A stretch of 64,000 bases of DNA from Octopus sinensis (taxonomy: Eukaryota), in contig NC_043021.1 in NCBI RefSeq assembly GCF_006345805.1, positions 8,866,001 to 8,930,000 on the forward strand, read 5' to 3'. Positions within the stretch are counted from its first letter, which is position 1. Each line of letters opens with the position of its first letter. A program made the translations under genes and the position numbers. Below are positions 1 to 12,424 of the stretch, piece after piece. Under the pieces are notes generated by a model. The model was not told the DNA's origin. It searched no databases and saw only the letters and a program-made list of their open reading frames with translations.

Positions 1-415
1 AGTGTTCTCACTGATAAAAAATATATCTGTAAAGGAATTTGACAAATTAAGTAAATATAAGGACCTGGAAATTGAAATACAAAAGATGTGGCATCTTAAA
101 GCGAGAACTGTTCCTGTTATTGTGGGTGCCTTAGGTATGATAAGAAAGATATGTCAGAAACATCTAGATAATATCCCAGGAGAATCGTGTCTCAGAGAAA
201 TCAAAAAGATTGTGCTGACAAGTATTGTTCACATCCTTAGAAAATCCCTATCAGTTTAAATGTATGTGTTGTATTACATGAAGGTATTTCGCTACTGCTC
301 TTGCCACTTCCCCTCTCCAAGCTTTCAGTCATACTGTAACATCTCTTATCATTCACTCGCCCGAGGACGCTGGGTGTGTCTCGGCGAGTGATTGTGACAA
401 ACATGCATATTAAAA
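1..415 (+). mobile_element. 3' end of an RLE-type non-LTR retrotransposon (R4/Dong-like): endonuclease C-terminus (ORF 2-259) plus 3' UTR
   Basis: Translation KEFDKLSKYKDLEIEIQKMW...VPVIVGALG matches the K..KY..L...VP.V.GALG C-terminal motif of restriction-like endonuclease LINEs. The 3' UTR has a hairpin (tcactcgc...gcgagtga, 353-391) and runs directly into (AAT)n. Confidence 0.8.
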
Positions 416-805
<390 letters not shown>

Positions 806-2006
806 AGAGGTCTCATCAAAAATATAGTTTAAAATGTATAAATAAAAAATTAAAATAAACCAATCCAATCTCTGAAATGAAGGTAATAATTTGTAGAAAA
901 AGAAAGGAAAATCTCACAAAATATAAAGAAAATATAGAATATAAAAATATAAAATGAAAATAGAAATTACTTGCCAGAAATAATTTAAAAGGAATTTATA
1001 TAAAATATGAAAATAAAAAAAGGAATAAAAAAAAAAAGAATTTCGAAATTGAAACGAATGGTTGCCACAGTGGTATAAAGTTGACGTACAATAATACTGA
1101 TTCTCATTTGGCTATAAATAAATATATTCAATACATTATTTAGTCCACGTTAGATGAACTCATATCGAGATTTATCGATTTCCGGAAGTGAGAAATGAGA
1201 AGTGAAAATATCTGAAGGGGATGGGAAGAAGTAATAAGTGTAATGGCGATTTGAGAAAAGCAAAGCAAAGAAATTTGTTTGAATGAGATTATAAATGAAA
1301 TCTAACTCCATAAAATGAAATCTTAACAAATTCTATAAAAGCAGCTTCAATCGCCACCAACCGCTACCACCATCGAGTTTTTATGTATATTTTTATTTTA
1401 AAGCAGTGTAATTTCAGTCAGTCAAGTAATTTAGCTAAAATTTCATTCAACTAGTGTGGATAGCTGTTGTCGTCTGCTTGTTCCAAAGAGATTCAAAATG
1501 GCGACCAATCTACAAATGTCAAACTGGCGAAAGTTTTGCGCAAGCGAAAAATGAAAAGTGAACTGTATACTACGGGAAAATGAAGCGGAATAGAATATGA
1601 AACGCTATGTTCCAGTTGAAAGGAATGCTTTCAAAACTGTTTTCAAATCTGTATATTTTATATGCACACACATACGCGGGCACGCTTAAACATATACGTG
1701 TATTGGGACGCGCATACAGATATATATATACACAAACACCCAGTCGCATTTAAATTCACATACACACTTGCACAACTACAGGCATAAACACACATATACA
1801 CACGTATGTGTACATATATATATATTGCCAAGGTTGCAAAAGCAACGAAAATTTTGGAAGAAAAATATAAATAATAAATAATAAATAAGTGGAAACTGAA
1901 CCGGTGAACGTGTCACATATTAGTCCATTATGACAGTAATACAAAATCCATCTTGTTTCTTTAATTGATTATTATATATATCTATATATGTGTGTGTGTG
2001 TGCGTG

Positions 2007-2054
<48 letters not shown>

Positions 2055-2887
2055 TATAAAAATTATATATAAAAAGGGACAAGAACGTGAAATACACAAA
2101 GAAACGAACACAAAAAACGGTCATTCGAAGCCTTTAATCTTCAGTCAGGAACCGGATCATCATAGCAAATTTCGGCTGATTAATCCTGATATTGCTCCGA
2201 AACGGCCAGCCCCAATGAAAAACTAAGCTGCGAGCATTAGATTTCTTGGAAAAAGGATCGAATGTAAACGAAACAAGGACAGAAAAACGGACGAAGCCAC
2301 ACGAATATAAATACAAAAAACAAAAACAAAAATAAAAACAAGAATGGTAATAACAGGACAACAGCAGGTGTCTTACGACTTTAGACAAATTTAACTTATC
2401 TAGCAGGCGTGTTTTGAAAAAATGCCTTTTCGGCGGACGAAGACAATGTTGAACCGGCAGCGGTCACCACACGCACACACACGTCACATGTATATAAAAA
2501 CGTTACCCCCAACTGAAGAAAACAACTACAGGTTACCGATGAAACTTCAAATTGTCGGCCACTACCCGTTCCTTGGAGGTACAATCAAAAGAAGGAAAGA
2601 AGGAGCAAAAGAAACTTCGAAAGAAGTAACTTTTTTTTTATAGTAAAAGAAATTTCCCATATCTATCAATTCAAGATGTACAAGCAGAAGTAGAAAAAGT
2701 GCTGAATACCTACGATAAATGTGTAAAACAAGGAAAATACGATTCATTGAAAGGAAATTTTGATATCACAAAGGAAAAGAATGAATGATACAAGGTAATA
2801 TTATCTTCAAATTGAAAGCAAGGGACAGGTTGGATATACAACTGGAAAAGGTACTCAGTTCCAAAACTATCCATCCATCCAAAAGAA

Positions 2888-3005
2888 GACTCGTGATCAT
2901 AAGATTGTGGTTTCGATTCCTGGACAGGGTGACGCGCTGTGTCCTTGCGCAAAGCTCTTCATTTCACGTTGCTCCAGTCTACTCAGCTGGCAAAAATGAG
3001 TAACG
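2888..3005 (+). mobile_element. tRNA-SINE fragment with Meta-like central domain (family D)
   Basis: B-box-like ggtttcgattcc followed by gctccagtctactcagctggcaaaaatgagta, as at 27143-27390 and 56798-57015. Confidence 0.65.
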
Positions 3006-3266
3006 CTGCCCCTAACCACTGAACCATGCGCCTTCACTACGCGCTAAACATCGCTATAAGAACACGCAGACATCTCGGTAACATGTTTTTATTTCCATCA
3101 GCCTGTATTAGGAATTATTTTATGATAAGATTATTGAACGAAAAGAGCGAAACTTAACAATTTAATATGTAATATATACACAATAAAAATTACATATAGA
3201 CACAAACAGCAAGAGAATACAAAAGAATATAAAAAATGCTAATAGAAATATATTATTATTATTATA

Positions 3267-3326
<60 letters not shown>

Positions 3327-3621
3327 ATCAATATATAACTCCAGACTATATTTTGAATATATGATTCGAAACTATGGAAGAAATCAAAGAAAAGAAAATT
3401 TAAAGAGAAAACGGACAAAAATTTAATGGAATCCGAAATGAAATTTAAGAAATTTAAAGAAACAATTTTAGTTAAAAACATTTAATCTAGATTGAGAATA
3501 TAATCATATAGAGCCTCTTGCAGTTGTTTCAAGAAAAACCAATCATGTGGATCATGATATTGAGTAAGGACTCCATAAGCTAGGTAAACCGTCATTGGAG
3601 AGAGTCTTTTCCGGTTTGTCA

Positions 3622-4024
3622 AATATTCTTTTCTACTCTGGGCACAAAGGACCGAAATTTTGGGGGAGAGGGCCAGTCGATTAGATCGACCCCACAACGC
3701 AACTGGTGCTCAATTTATTGACCCTGAATGGCTGGAAAGCAAAGTCGACCTCGGCGGAATTTGAACTCAGAACATAAAGCCATACGAAATACCGCTATGC
3801 ATTTCGCCCGACGTGCTAACGATTCTTATTTCTTTATTGCCCACAAGAGGGTAAACATAGAAGGGGCAAACAAGGACAGACAAGGGGATTAAGTCGATTA
3901 CATCGACCCCAGTGCATAACCGGTACTTAATTTATCAACCCCGAAAGGATGAAAGGCAAAGTCGACCTTGGTGGAATTTGAACTTAACGTAAAGACAGAC
4001 GAAATACCTATTTCTTTATTACCC
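3622..4024 (-). mobile_element. SINE-A composite: alpha-tail remnant, then an alpha-tailed unit, then a beta-tailed copy
   Basis: Reverse strand reads ...aaagaaata|ggtatttcgtc...alpha tail aaagaaata|agaatcgttagc...ccccaaaatttcggtcc...agtagaaaagaat. Confidence 0.8.
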
Positions 4025-4029
4025 TCTGT

Positions 4030-4084
4030 CTTTCTCCCTCTCTCTCCTTCTCTCTCTCCTTCTTTCTCTCCTCCTCTCTCTCCA

Positions 4085-4152
<68 letters not shown>

Positions 4153-4163
4153 TAGATAGATAG

Positions 4164-4217
<54 letters not shown>

Positions 4218-4360
4218 CGTAGATAGATTCAGATGAATATGGTACTTAAGTTGAGGCACCGCAATTTAGTACGGTAGTATGCATACAATTTCAAAGTAAG
4301 GTGATAAAAATGAAAATAAGCAACAAGGATATCCAAAAGTAATGCAGTACGATCGTTTCA

Positions 4361-4399
<39 letters not shown>

Positions 4400-6020
4400 T
4401 ATATATAAAGCACAGACACACCAATTTGCATATATAACTCGGGATAGTCACGAGTACGAGGTGTTTGATCATAGAGTCAGTTCGATTAGACCGCCGTGGG
4501 AAAGGAGCTAAATGCCTACACCGTGACGGCTGCCACAAACACCTTTACGACGACGACCACAACCACCACCACCATCATCATCGTCGTCGTCGTCACCGTT
4601 GTCGTCTGCATCGTCGTCACCGTTGTCGTCTGCATCGTCGTCGCCATTGTCGTCTGCGTCGTCTTCGCCATTGTCGTCGTCGTCGTCGTCATTGCCATTT
4701 GCAATATATATCTTCATCTGTTATCCAAGATATTACACGTAGCTGTCACATCTTCATCTCGTCTTCAATCCATTTATTGCCCATCTCAGTCACGTCTGTT
4801 TATGTTAATTTCTTATCAACCGACATCTATCTACTCTTAGTCACACTACGACAGGTTTTCGCTAAGCTTGCATATATACATGCACAAGTGCATACGCACA
4901 TATATACATACACATGCACACAGTCACACACACACGCACACACACATACATACATAGATACATACATACATACATACGTACATACATGCAAACATACATA
5001 CATGCATACAAAAATACATACATACGTAAATACATGTACACATATATACATAAATATGTACATGAATATGTACATACATATATACGTATAGACACACACA
5101 GACGCACACACATACACATACACACACATACATATATATATACACATCTTCACCGCCGGCTTCTTCCTACAATTATTCCCTTATTCTGTCAATCTATCGT
5201 TGTGTAATTCTGTCAGTCTTTCAATCTCATTCATTTATTCATTCCGTTCTTCCTACATTCTTCCATTTTTCCTTCCTTCCTTCCTTCCTTCCTTCCTTCC
5301 TTCCTTCCTTCCTTCCTTCCTTCCTTCCTTCCTTCTCTCTTTCTTTCTTTCTTTCTTTCTTTTGTCTTTCTTTCTGTTTGTATGTATGCGGTTGCTCAAC
5401 TTCATGCCTGCCTGTTCATATAAACACACACACACAAACACACACGTGTGTGTGTGTCTTTGTGCGTTCATGTGTGTGTGTGTGTACGTGCATGTATGTG
5501 TGCGTGCATGTGTGTGTGCGTGCGTGTGTGTACGTGTACTTGTGTGTGTGGTGTGTGTGTGTGTGCGTGCGCGCGTGTGTAATCGTGTATTCATCAATCT
5601 ATCAGCTGAATCTACATATCTCTCTCTCTTTCTTTCTCTCTCTGTCTCTGTCTCTCTGTTTCTCTCTCTCTCTCTCTCTTCTTACACAGTTTTATACTTT
5701 TTCTTTAAAATTCTTCCATATTTATTATTATACATTCTTTCAATTTTTCTACACATTTTTTTACACTTTCTTTCGCCATTCTTCATTTCTAACATTTCAA
5801 AATCTAAACAATTCCTTCATTTTCGTTTCTTTCTTACTTTTCTGTTCTTTTTTCTTTTTATGTATGTGGATATGTACATAAACGCATCGGTCTGACGACA
5901 CTAATACACACGCGCGCGAACACACACACGCACACACATTAAAAGTATATTTATGTGTATGTCTGCATATATGTATGTATGCATGCGTGTTTGTGTGTGT
6001 TTGTGTGTGTGTGTGTGTAA
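4030..6020. repeat. Block of compound microsatellites: (TA), (GA), (GATA), (CGT), (CATA), (CCTT), (GT)
   Basis: Direct reading; explains all ORFs listed over this interval. Confidence 0.9.
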
Positions 6021-6756
6021 AAATGGTTGCATGGATGACAAGAAATCTAACAAAACTTATTGCAGTGAGCGCCAAAAGCAATTGAACATTCTCTGGCACT
6101 ATCATTGCAGCAGCATACCGCCCCCTGGAGGAATCATTATTGTTTAAAAGGATCGAAATTGTTGTGATCACCAGCCGAAAGCTGATGGTCCTGTAATGCA
6201 AGCCTCATGTAAAATGCAATATAATATAATATAATATAATATAATATAATATAATATACAATGATGGTAGTTTCTTCATGTCCGAAGATCATGAAGTGCG
6301 ACACACCTTTAAGTGGTTATGCAAGCCAAACCTTAACGCTGCGGGGCTTCTCTACCTGCGCGAGCTTAGTAAAGGGAGAGTCAGTTCATGTACTCTGAAC
6401 CCACTCCTCTCACCACCGCGGCTCTATGGGCTGAGATGGGTGTGATGACCAGTAATCTATAGGTTTTACATATATATATATATGAAACGATCGTAGTGTT
6501 TTACTCTTTATCTTTTATTAAACTTTTAATACTTTTGATATATATTTAAAATAATATAAATTAATTAATTTTATGTATTGGCTTATGTTTTTCATTGTTT
6601 GATTTGCCTAATAGTGGTTTTATCTCTAATTTAATATAATATAATATAATATAATATATTTATACTATAAAATTGGATTTAATCCTAAATCTGATTTTTC
6701 CCTGTAAGTTTGGATTTATTCCCTAATATTTTATTATATATATATATATATAATAT

Positions 6757-6830
<74 letters not shown>

Positions 6831-7256
6831 CATGTATATGTATATATTTGTGTGTGTGTATGTACCTGCATTTGTCCCCCCTCCACCATCCCTTGACAAC
6901 TGATATTGGTATGTTACTACCCCGTGACTTAGCGTTTCGGCAAAAGAACCGAATGATATCCACCGCAGTATAATTTATTCTAAGAGCGCATTCACGTTTA
7001 AGTGGGGATAATTATAACCTATAGGAAATACTTGTCGTGAAAATGTCACACCAGTTTTTCGTCACGCACGTCACAGGTGGTAAATGAAAATTGTGATCAG
7101 ACATTGTTTTCTAACAAACTCACTGGCATTTGTTGTTGTTGTTGTTGTTGTTGTTGTTTTAAATTATCAAGGCCAGCGTAAATAAACATCACGATGCTTT
7201 TTATGCTGTTCTTCAAAGATTCAGATGAATTAACTGTTAATATTTTCATGTAAAAA

Positions 7257-7319
7257 GGCGGCGAGCTGGCAGAATCGTTAGCACGCCGGGCGAAATGCGT
7301 AGCCGTATTTCGTCTGCCG
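7257..7319 (+). mobile_element. 5' head of the SINE-A copy interrupted by the Tx1-like LINE (A-box and left TSD)
   Basis: ggcggcgagctggcagaatcgttagcacgccgggcgaaatgcgtagccgtatttcgtctgccg is nearly identical to the intact head starting at 36412; the SINE resumes after 12686. Confidence 0.95.
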
Positions 7320-7483
7320 CACATGTGTTCGTGAAGTAAGAATTGCTGTTTCGTGGTGTTAATATTGTTAACAACTGTTGTTTCTTGTTAAACTGTTGAA
7401 TAACTTAACTGTTGGAGTTTTCAATTGAAAACACTTAGTGCTTGTGGTAGCACGCGTTGTTCATTCCCCCTTTGGGGGGAAGA

Positions 7484-9011
7484 ATGTCGTCTAGCATGGA
7501 GCCTACCGTTGGAGCAGAAATACTTGTTTCTCCTGTTGAGAGGAGGAAATACATGTCCGGCGAGGAGCCAACTACAGACAAGGAAATAGGGGTTTCCCCC
7601 GCTACAAGAAGGAATAGCAGAGAGGATAATATATTTGATATTTTTGGAGATGTGTCTGAGAGCTCGTCAGAACTTTCACCAGAAGAGTTTCCGACTTTGC
7701 CAGAGAACAAAGGCATTGTGTCGAAGAGAATAATTGATGTGCCTAGCATCCAGATAGAACCAAAAAATGGAAAAAAAAGTTTTGCGTTGGCTGCTGGGGG
7801 TGGAACCCAGATACTGTCGACGAATAAAAGCGAAATTATGAAATACAGCAAAATGATGGAAATAAATGACAACAGTGTGAAAATTGAACCTCCGCAAAAG
7901 TTATTACAGAAGAAAAGCAAAAAACAATAATTTTCAAAACATATTGTCTACAAAATAGAAAAATTGAAAGAATGTCAGAAGAGAAAATAGAAAAGTGCTT
8001 AAAGCCAATATTGGGCGACGTAGTATTTCTGAGAAGAAGAAAAAAATTCGGAACGGTGGAAGTAAGGTTCACCAATAAAGAAATAGCACACAAGAACTCA
8101 GTGGAAACGTTGAAAACGAACGACGTGGAGTTAATACCCTATTATATGGGGATGAGGACGTCGCGAATAAAAATTACAAGGGTCCCGCCAGAGGTCGAAC
8201 CTATGTGGTTGTTGGCGGCAGTCCTAATCAAAGAGGTAGAAAAAATTACTCTCCTCCAGGCTACCGCTACGGAAAACCCACGCTGGGATGGTAAAACAAT
8301 TAATCTTCTCATTCAAGCGGACCCTAAAATAATTCAAACAATTCCTGAGACAATTGAGGTAGGGGAGGAGAACCTCGTGGTGTTTGTTGAGGGCCGAAAA
8401 CCTCGATGTTTTTTATGTGGTCAATTAGGCCACATTCGAAGGAACTGCAAGGAAAATGAAGAAGAGGAGGAAGAGGAGAAAAAAGACAAAGAGGAAGAAG
8501 ATAAAGAAGAAACAGATGAGAAAAAACAACAAACAAAAGAAAAATACAACCAGCAACCCAGCCGAGAGCGGCGACTACTACAGAACAACGACCAAAAAAG
8601 ACTGCCAGAAGAGAAAAAGAAGAAAAAGGCATAATAGCCGTATACACTAAAGATACTGAGCTCATGAGAGACATTCAACTCATAAAGACTGTAAAAAAAA
8701 TTGATAACCTTTCAGAGGAATTTATCAATTACGACATATATGAAGTCTCAAATAAGACTTATAGAATTCTACAAAATAAGTACAGAAAGACTGTATCTTC
8801 ATTGAGATTAGATTTTAACAAGTCGATATTTCATGGATTACCAGCTCCGATCCCGCGAGAAAAGGAAAAGGTGGAGATTCCCCCTCCACCTGATAATTCT
8901 GTGTCGGTGGTGAGACGGGATTTTGACAAATCTATTTCCCAAGACCGTCCACCTCCGACCCTGGATAAAAAAAAGGTGGAGGGTCCCCCTCCACCGGACA
9001 ATCCTAATTAA
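7484..9011 (+). pseudogene. ORF1 (gag-like nucleic-acid-binding protein, one CCHC knuckle), about 510 codons if two 1-nt frameshifts are corrected
   Basis: ORFs 7457-7930, 7972-8634 and 8664-9011 join through overlapping open frames near 7890 (TSAKVITEEKQKTIIFKTY) and 8520-8630 (KKTARREKEEKGIIAVY). CFLCGQLGHIRRNC (CX2CX4HX4C) lies at 8407-8448. Confidence 0.8.
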
Positions 9012-9022
9012 ACAGGTAAGTG

Positions 9023-12000
9023 ATGGCTATTCACATTGGTTGTTTAAATGTTCATGGCCTGTTGTCAAGCTGGAAGCAAGGACGCTTTCTGAATGACATC
9101 AGGTCGAGAAATTTGGATGTAATTGTTGCAACGGAAACCCGGGTGAAGGGGCCAAGAGATCTGCTCCCCCTCCTGAACGGCTACGAGAAATACGTTTCTC
9201 CGAGTCGGGCGGGAGGTGGGGGTGGGGTGTTGGTCCTACTAAAAAGAAACCGGGTAGCCGAGAAAAAGTTGGTTTTTTCTGACCCAGAAGGCAGGCTGGT
9301 CGTTCTCGACTTGACATTCAGTTGTGGCAAGACAATCAGGCTGGTCGCTATTTATGCACCAAACATTATTGGCCCGCAAACTGAATATTTTCGTGGCCTA
9401 GGAAAGTTCCTAGCCACGTCGCATTCACTAGTAGTGTTAGGAGACTCTAATACAATATGTGCAGCACACACAGATTGTGTTGGCTCAAACTCGAACATGA
9501 ACAGAAAATGTAACACAGGCTTTCGGGATCTGCTAAGTCAATTTCAGCTAGCAGATCCATATAGGTTGGAGCACCCGAACACTCCACAGTGGACGTGGTC
9601 AAATAGTGACGGGTCTACCAGAACATATCTAGATAGGATTTTAATTAGAGAAAAAGATAAGTCCATAGTTGAGTGTCCACAGTTTTTTCTAGTCAGCTAC
9701 AGTGACCACAAGATGGTTACCTGTAAACTGACGGTAGATAAGTTGCATAGACAGGGATCTGGCTACTGGAAACTCAATACGTCCCTTTTGGCGATTGAGG
9801 AGTACAGAAAGCGGATCAAGATGTTAATACAGAGGGCATTAACAGGTACCATCATTAATAACAAATGGTGGTACGCCCTAAAAAGAGCCATCAAATATGA
9901 GTCTATTAGGTTTAGCATAAGTTTAGCTAAGAAGGGACGTAAAATAGGAGATGGTCTAGTTAAGGAACTAGAAGAAGCCTGGAGGACTGGTAATACAGAC
10001 CAAGCGAGGGTGAAAAGACTGGAGTTAAACCAGCATCTTGAAGCCCACCACATGGGAAGTATTACCAGAGCTAAGTTACGTGCAATGGGAAGTGAAGGAA
10101 TCAAAGCCGCTGGATGGGCCCGAGTGGTGGAAGCTCGGCAAGGAAATAGTTCCTCTATTCGGTCTTTGACGAATCAAAATGGTGTCTTGATAAACGAACC
10201 CGAGAAAATGTGTGAGGTCTTTCGGGAGTACTTCGCCCAGCTGTTCGGGAGTGACGGCGGTCCTGGTGGTGGGAGAGCCCTCGAGGACTTTCTTACCGGG
10301 CTGCCGTGCCTCTCGGGGTCGGATGCGGAGTCTTGCGAAGGGCCAATCACACTTGAGGAGGTGATGGAGGCTTTGGCCGATTGTAAAGCGGGTAAGTCAC
10401 CGGGACTTGATGGTCTTCCGTACGAGCTGTATAAATGTATGCCAGACTTGTTCGGGCAACTATTGACTGACGTGTACGCGAACTGGAAACAGAATGGGTT
10501 TATCCCCAGATCTGTGCGCCGGGGAGTAGTGACGTTGGTCAGAAAGGACCCGGACAAGGGGGACGTTCTAGAGAATTTCAGGCCCATCACTCTGTTAAAC
10601 GCAGAAGTGAAGATTTTGGCCAAGGTTCTAGCAAAAAGGTTGGCGCGTGTCGCGAATGGTATAGTCGGGGAGGCACAGACATGTGCCATCCCAGGCAGAA
10701 CCATTCAGGATACCCTCCATCTTATTCGCTATACCATAGAGAGGTTTGGTAATAAATCTGGCAAAGGTGGGGCATTGGTGCATTTGGACCAGTCTAAAGC
10801 TTTTGATAGGGTTGACCATCGATACCTAGCGACTGTACTTGCGCGGTTTGGCCTGGGCCTTGGCTTCCTCAGGTGGTTTATCGCTTTGTACCACAACATT
10901 GACTCGATAGTTCGGGTGAACGGTTTCCTTTCGAAGCCGTTCTGCATCAGACGCTCGGTTCGTCAAGGATGTCCGCTTTCACCACTTTTGTATGTGATGG
11001 CTCTCGAGCCATTACTGCAAAGGTTGAGTGGCATCCCGAGAGAACCAGGACTAGAGGAGTTTGTTACGGCTTTCGCGGATGATATCACTATCAGTGTAAC
11101 CACAGTGGTACGCCTACGTGAAGTAGGTAAGACTATTGAGGCTTACGAGGAGGTAGCAGGAGCAAAGATTAACCGGGAAAAGTCGGTCGGCTTGCAGCTC
11201 GGCACCTGGGTTGGCAAGTCGATGCCTTCAGACAGTGTTGTTAGGCGCTGGACGGAGGGACCGGTTAAGTTGCTGGGAGTCTGGTTTGGACCAGGCCTCC
11301 AGATAGAGAAGAACTGGACGGAGGTATTGAGCAGGGTGGCTGCAGTAGTCAAGACTTGGTCTTGGCGGTGGCTATCCCTGAAAGGGAGGGCGGAAGTGGC
11401 CAATGTGTTTATCGCATCGGTCATTACCTACCGCCTGACTGTCGTGCCCTGTCCGGATTCGTGGTTGATCAGGTTGGAGAGACAGCTCTTTCGCTTTTTG
11501 TGGAAGGGCAGGTCGCCACTTGTGAAACGCTCTGTCTGCTGTCAAAAGCCTTTAAATGGAGGTTTAGGGATGCCTTGGTTAATGATGCGCAGACATGCGT
11601 TGAGGTTGAGGCACCTCTGGATTCTCCTGGATAGTGAACGGGTGTGGTCTCCGCTGGCCAGACAAATGTTCCCTGAGTTCAAGAGTTTTTGCGAACAGGA
11701 AGCCTGGTGTTCTCGTAGACCGAGGTCGAGTGAGTGGCATAAAGAGTGCCGTAAGGCCCTCTTGCTGTTCCGGCGCTCGGGCAACGCCAGCGGTGGGGGT
11801 TCCACACGGATTTTATATAGTGGGTTGGTAGAGTCTGAATGCGACGATGGCCTGGGGTCGACTCTAGGTCTCGGATTTATTCAACTGGACAGCTTGTTTC
11901 ATCGTACATTCGGGTTGAGAACGTTGGACAACTTCCAAAAGTCCTTAACCTGGCAATGCTACAGAGGTGCCTTGCCCGTTTGGGATAAGCTCGCAAGACA

Positions 12001-12424
12001 TGGTAAACGTCAGTCGCCGACCTGTCCAAGATGCGGTGGGGACAGGGAAACCGTCCCTCACGCTATTGTTCAGTGTCCGGAGATAACTGAAATGTGGGCT
12101 TATGCTGAACATCTGTTGTCCGGCGAAGGAAGAGTACGGCTGTCGACTGAGTCAATTATAAAAATTGACCCACCGGGAGTTCTAACGAACGAAGGTAAGA
12201 ATTGTTTTCTCACGGTTGTAGCAATAGCAAAAGAGGCTGTATGGAATACTAGGATAAAAGGAATTAAGACAGGCAACTTTATCTCTGGTGACAATTTACG
12301 ATCCTTTTTTTCTTTTCATTTGAAAAGGAAACTGTGGCTGGAGAAGAGGTGTCTGTCAGAGTGTACGTTCCAAAAGAGATGGAAGTATGTTGCACGAGTG
12401 TTGTGCGTGCAAGGAACCGTGTGA
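9023..12424 (+). CDS. ORF2: APE endonuclease, reverse transcriptase and C-terminal zinc-binding domain, 1133 aa from ATG 9023, uninterrupted
   Basis: APE motifs LNVHGL, ATETR, IYAPN, LGDSN, YLDRI, SDH; L1/Tx1 linker WKLNTSLL; RT motifs KSPGLDGL, NFRPITLLN, LDQSKAFDRVDH, RQGCPLSPLLY, AFADD; GGLGMP; CPRC...H...C. Confidence 0.97.
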   Translation: MAIHIGCLNVHGLLSSWKQGRFLNDIRSRNLDVIVATETRVKGPRDLLPLLNGYEKYVSPSRAGGGGGVLVLLKRNRVAEKKLVFSDPEGRLVVLDLTFSCGKTIRLVAIYAPNIIGPQTEYFRGLGKFLATSHSLVVLGDSNTICAAHTDCVGSNSNMNRKCNTGFRDLLSQFQLADPYRLEHPNTPQWTWSNSDGSTRTYLDRILIREKDKSIVECPQFFLVSYSDHKMVTCKLTVDKLHRQGSGYWKLNTSLLAIEEYRKRIKMLIQRALTGTIINNKWWYALKRAIKYESIRFSISLAKKGRKIGDGLVKELEEAWRTGNTDQARVKRLELNQHLEAHHMGSITRAKLRAMGSEGIKAAGWARVVEARQGNSSSIRSLTNQNGVLINEPEKMCEVFREYFAQLFGSDGGPGGGRALEDFLTGLPCLSGSDAESCEGPITLEEVMEALADCKAGKSPGLDGLPYELYKCMPDLFGQLLTDVYANWKQNGFIPRSVRRGVVTLVRKDPDKGDVLENFRPITLLNAEVKILAKVLAKRLARVANGIVGEAQTCAIPGRTIQDTLHLIRYTIERFGNKSGKGGALVHLDQSKAFDRVDHRYLATVLARFGLGLGFLRWFIALYHNIDSIVRVNGFLSKPFCIRRSVRQGCPLSPLLYVMALEPLLQRLSGIPREPGLEEFVTAFADDITISVTTVVRLREVGKTIEAYEEVAGAKINREKSVGLQLGTWVGKSMPSDSVVRRWTEGPVKLLGVWFGPGLQIEKNWTEVLSRVAAVVKTWSWRWLSLKGRAEVANVFIASVITYRLTVVPCPDSWLIRLERQLFRFLWKGRSPLVKRSVCCQKPLNGGLGMPWLMMRRHALRLRHLWILLDSERVWSPLARQMFPEFKSFCEQEAWCSRRPRSSEWHKECRKALLLFRRSGNASGGGSTRILYSGLVESECDDGLGSTLGLGFIQLDSLFHRTFGLRTLDNFQKSLTWQCYRGALPVWDKLARHGKRQSPTCPRCGGDRETVPHAIVQCPEITEMWAYAEHLLSGEGRVRLSTESIIKIDPPGVLTNEGKNCFLTVVAIAKEAVWNTRIKGIKTGNFISGDNLRSFFSFHLKRKLWLEKRCLSECTFQKRWKYVARVLCVQGTV

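Noticed and set aside
1170-1560. Promoter-like motifs (ccggaagtg, aaaatggcg, ccaat); similar aagatggcg at ~43391
   Set aside because: Short motifs expected by chance; no adjacent exon could be supported.
7885-7930. Programmed ribosomal frameshifting in ORF1
   Set aside because: Two separate single-base losses are more simply explained by mutation or sequencing error; no clear stimulatory structure was seen.
9099-12294. Antisense and alternate-frame ORFs within ORF2
   Set aside because: Shadows of a GC-richer coding region; no recognisable motifs.
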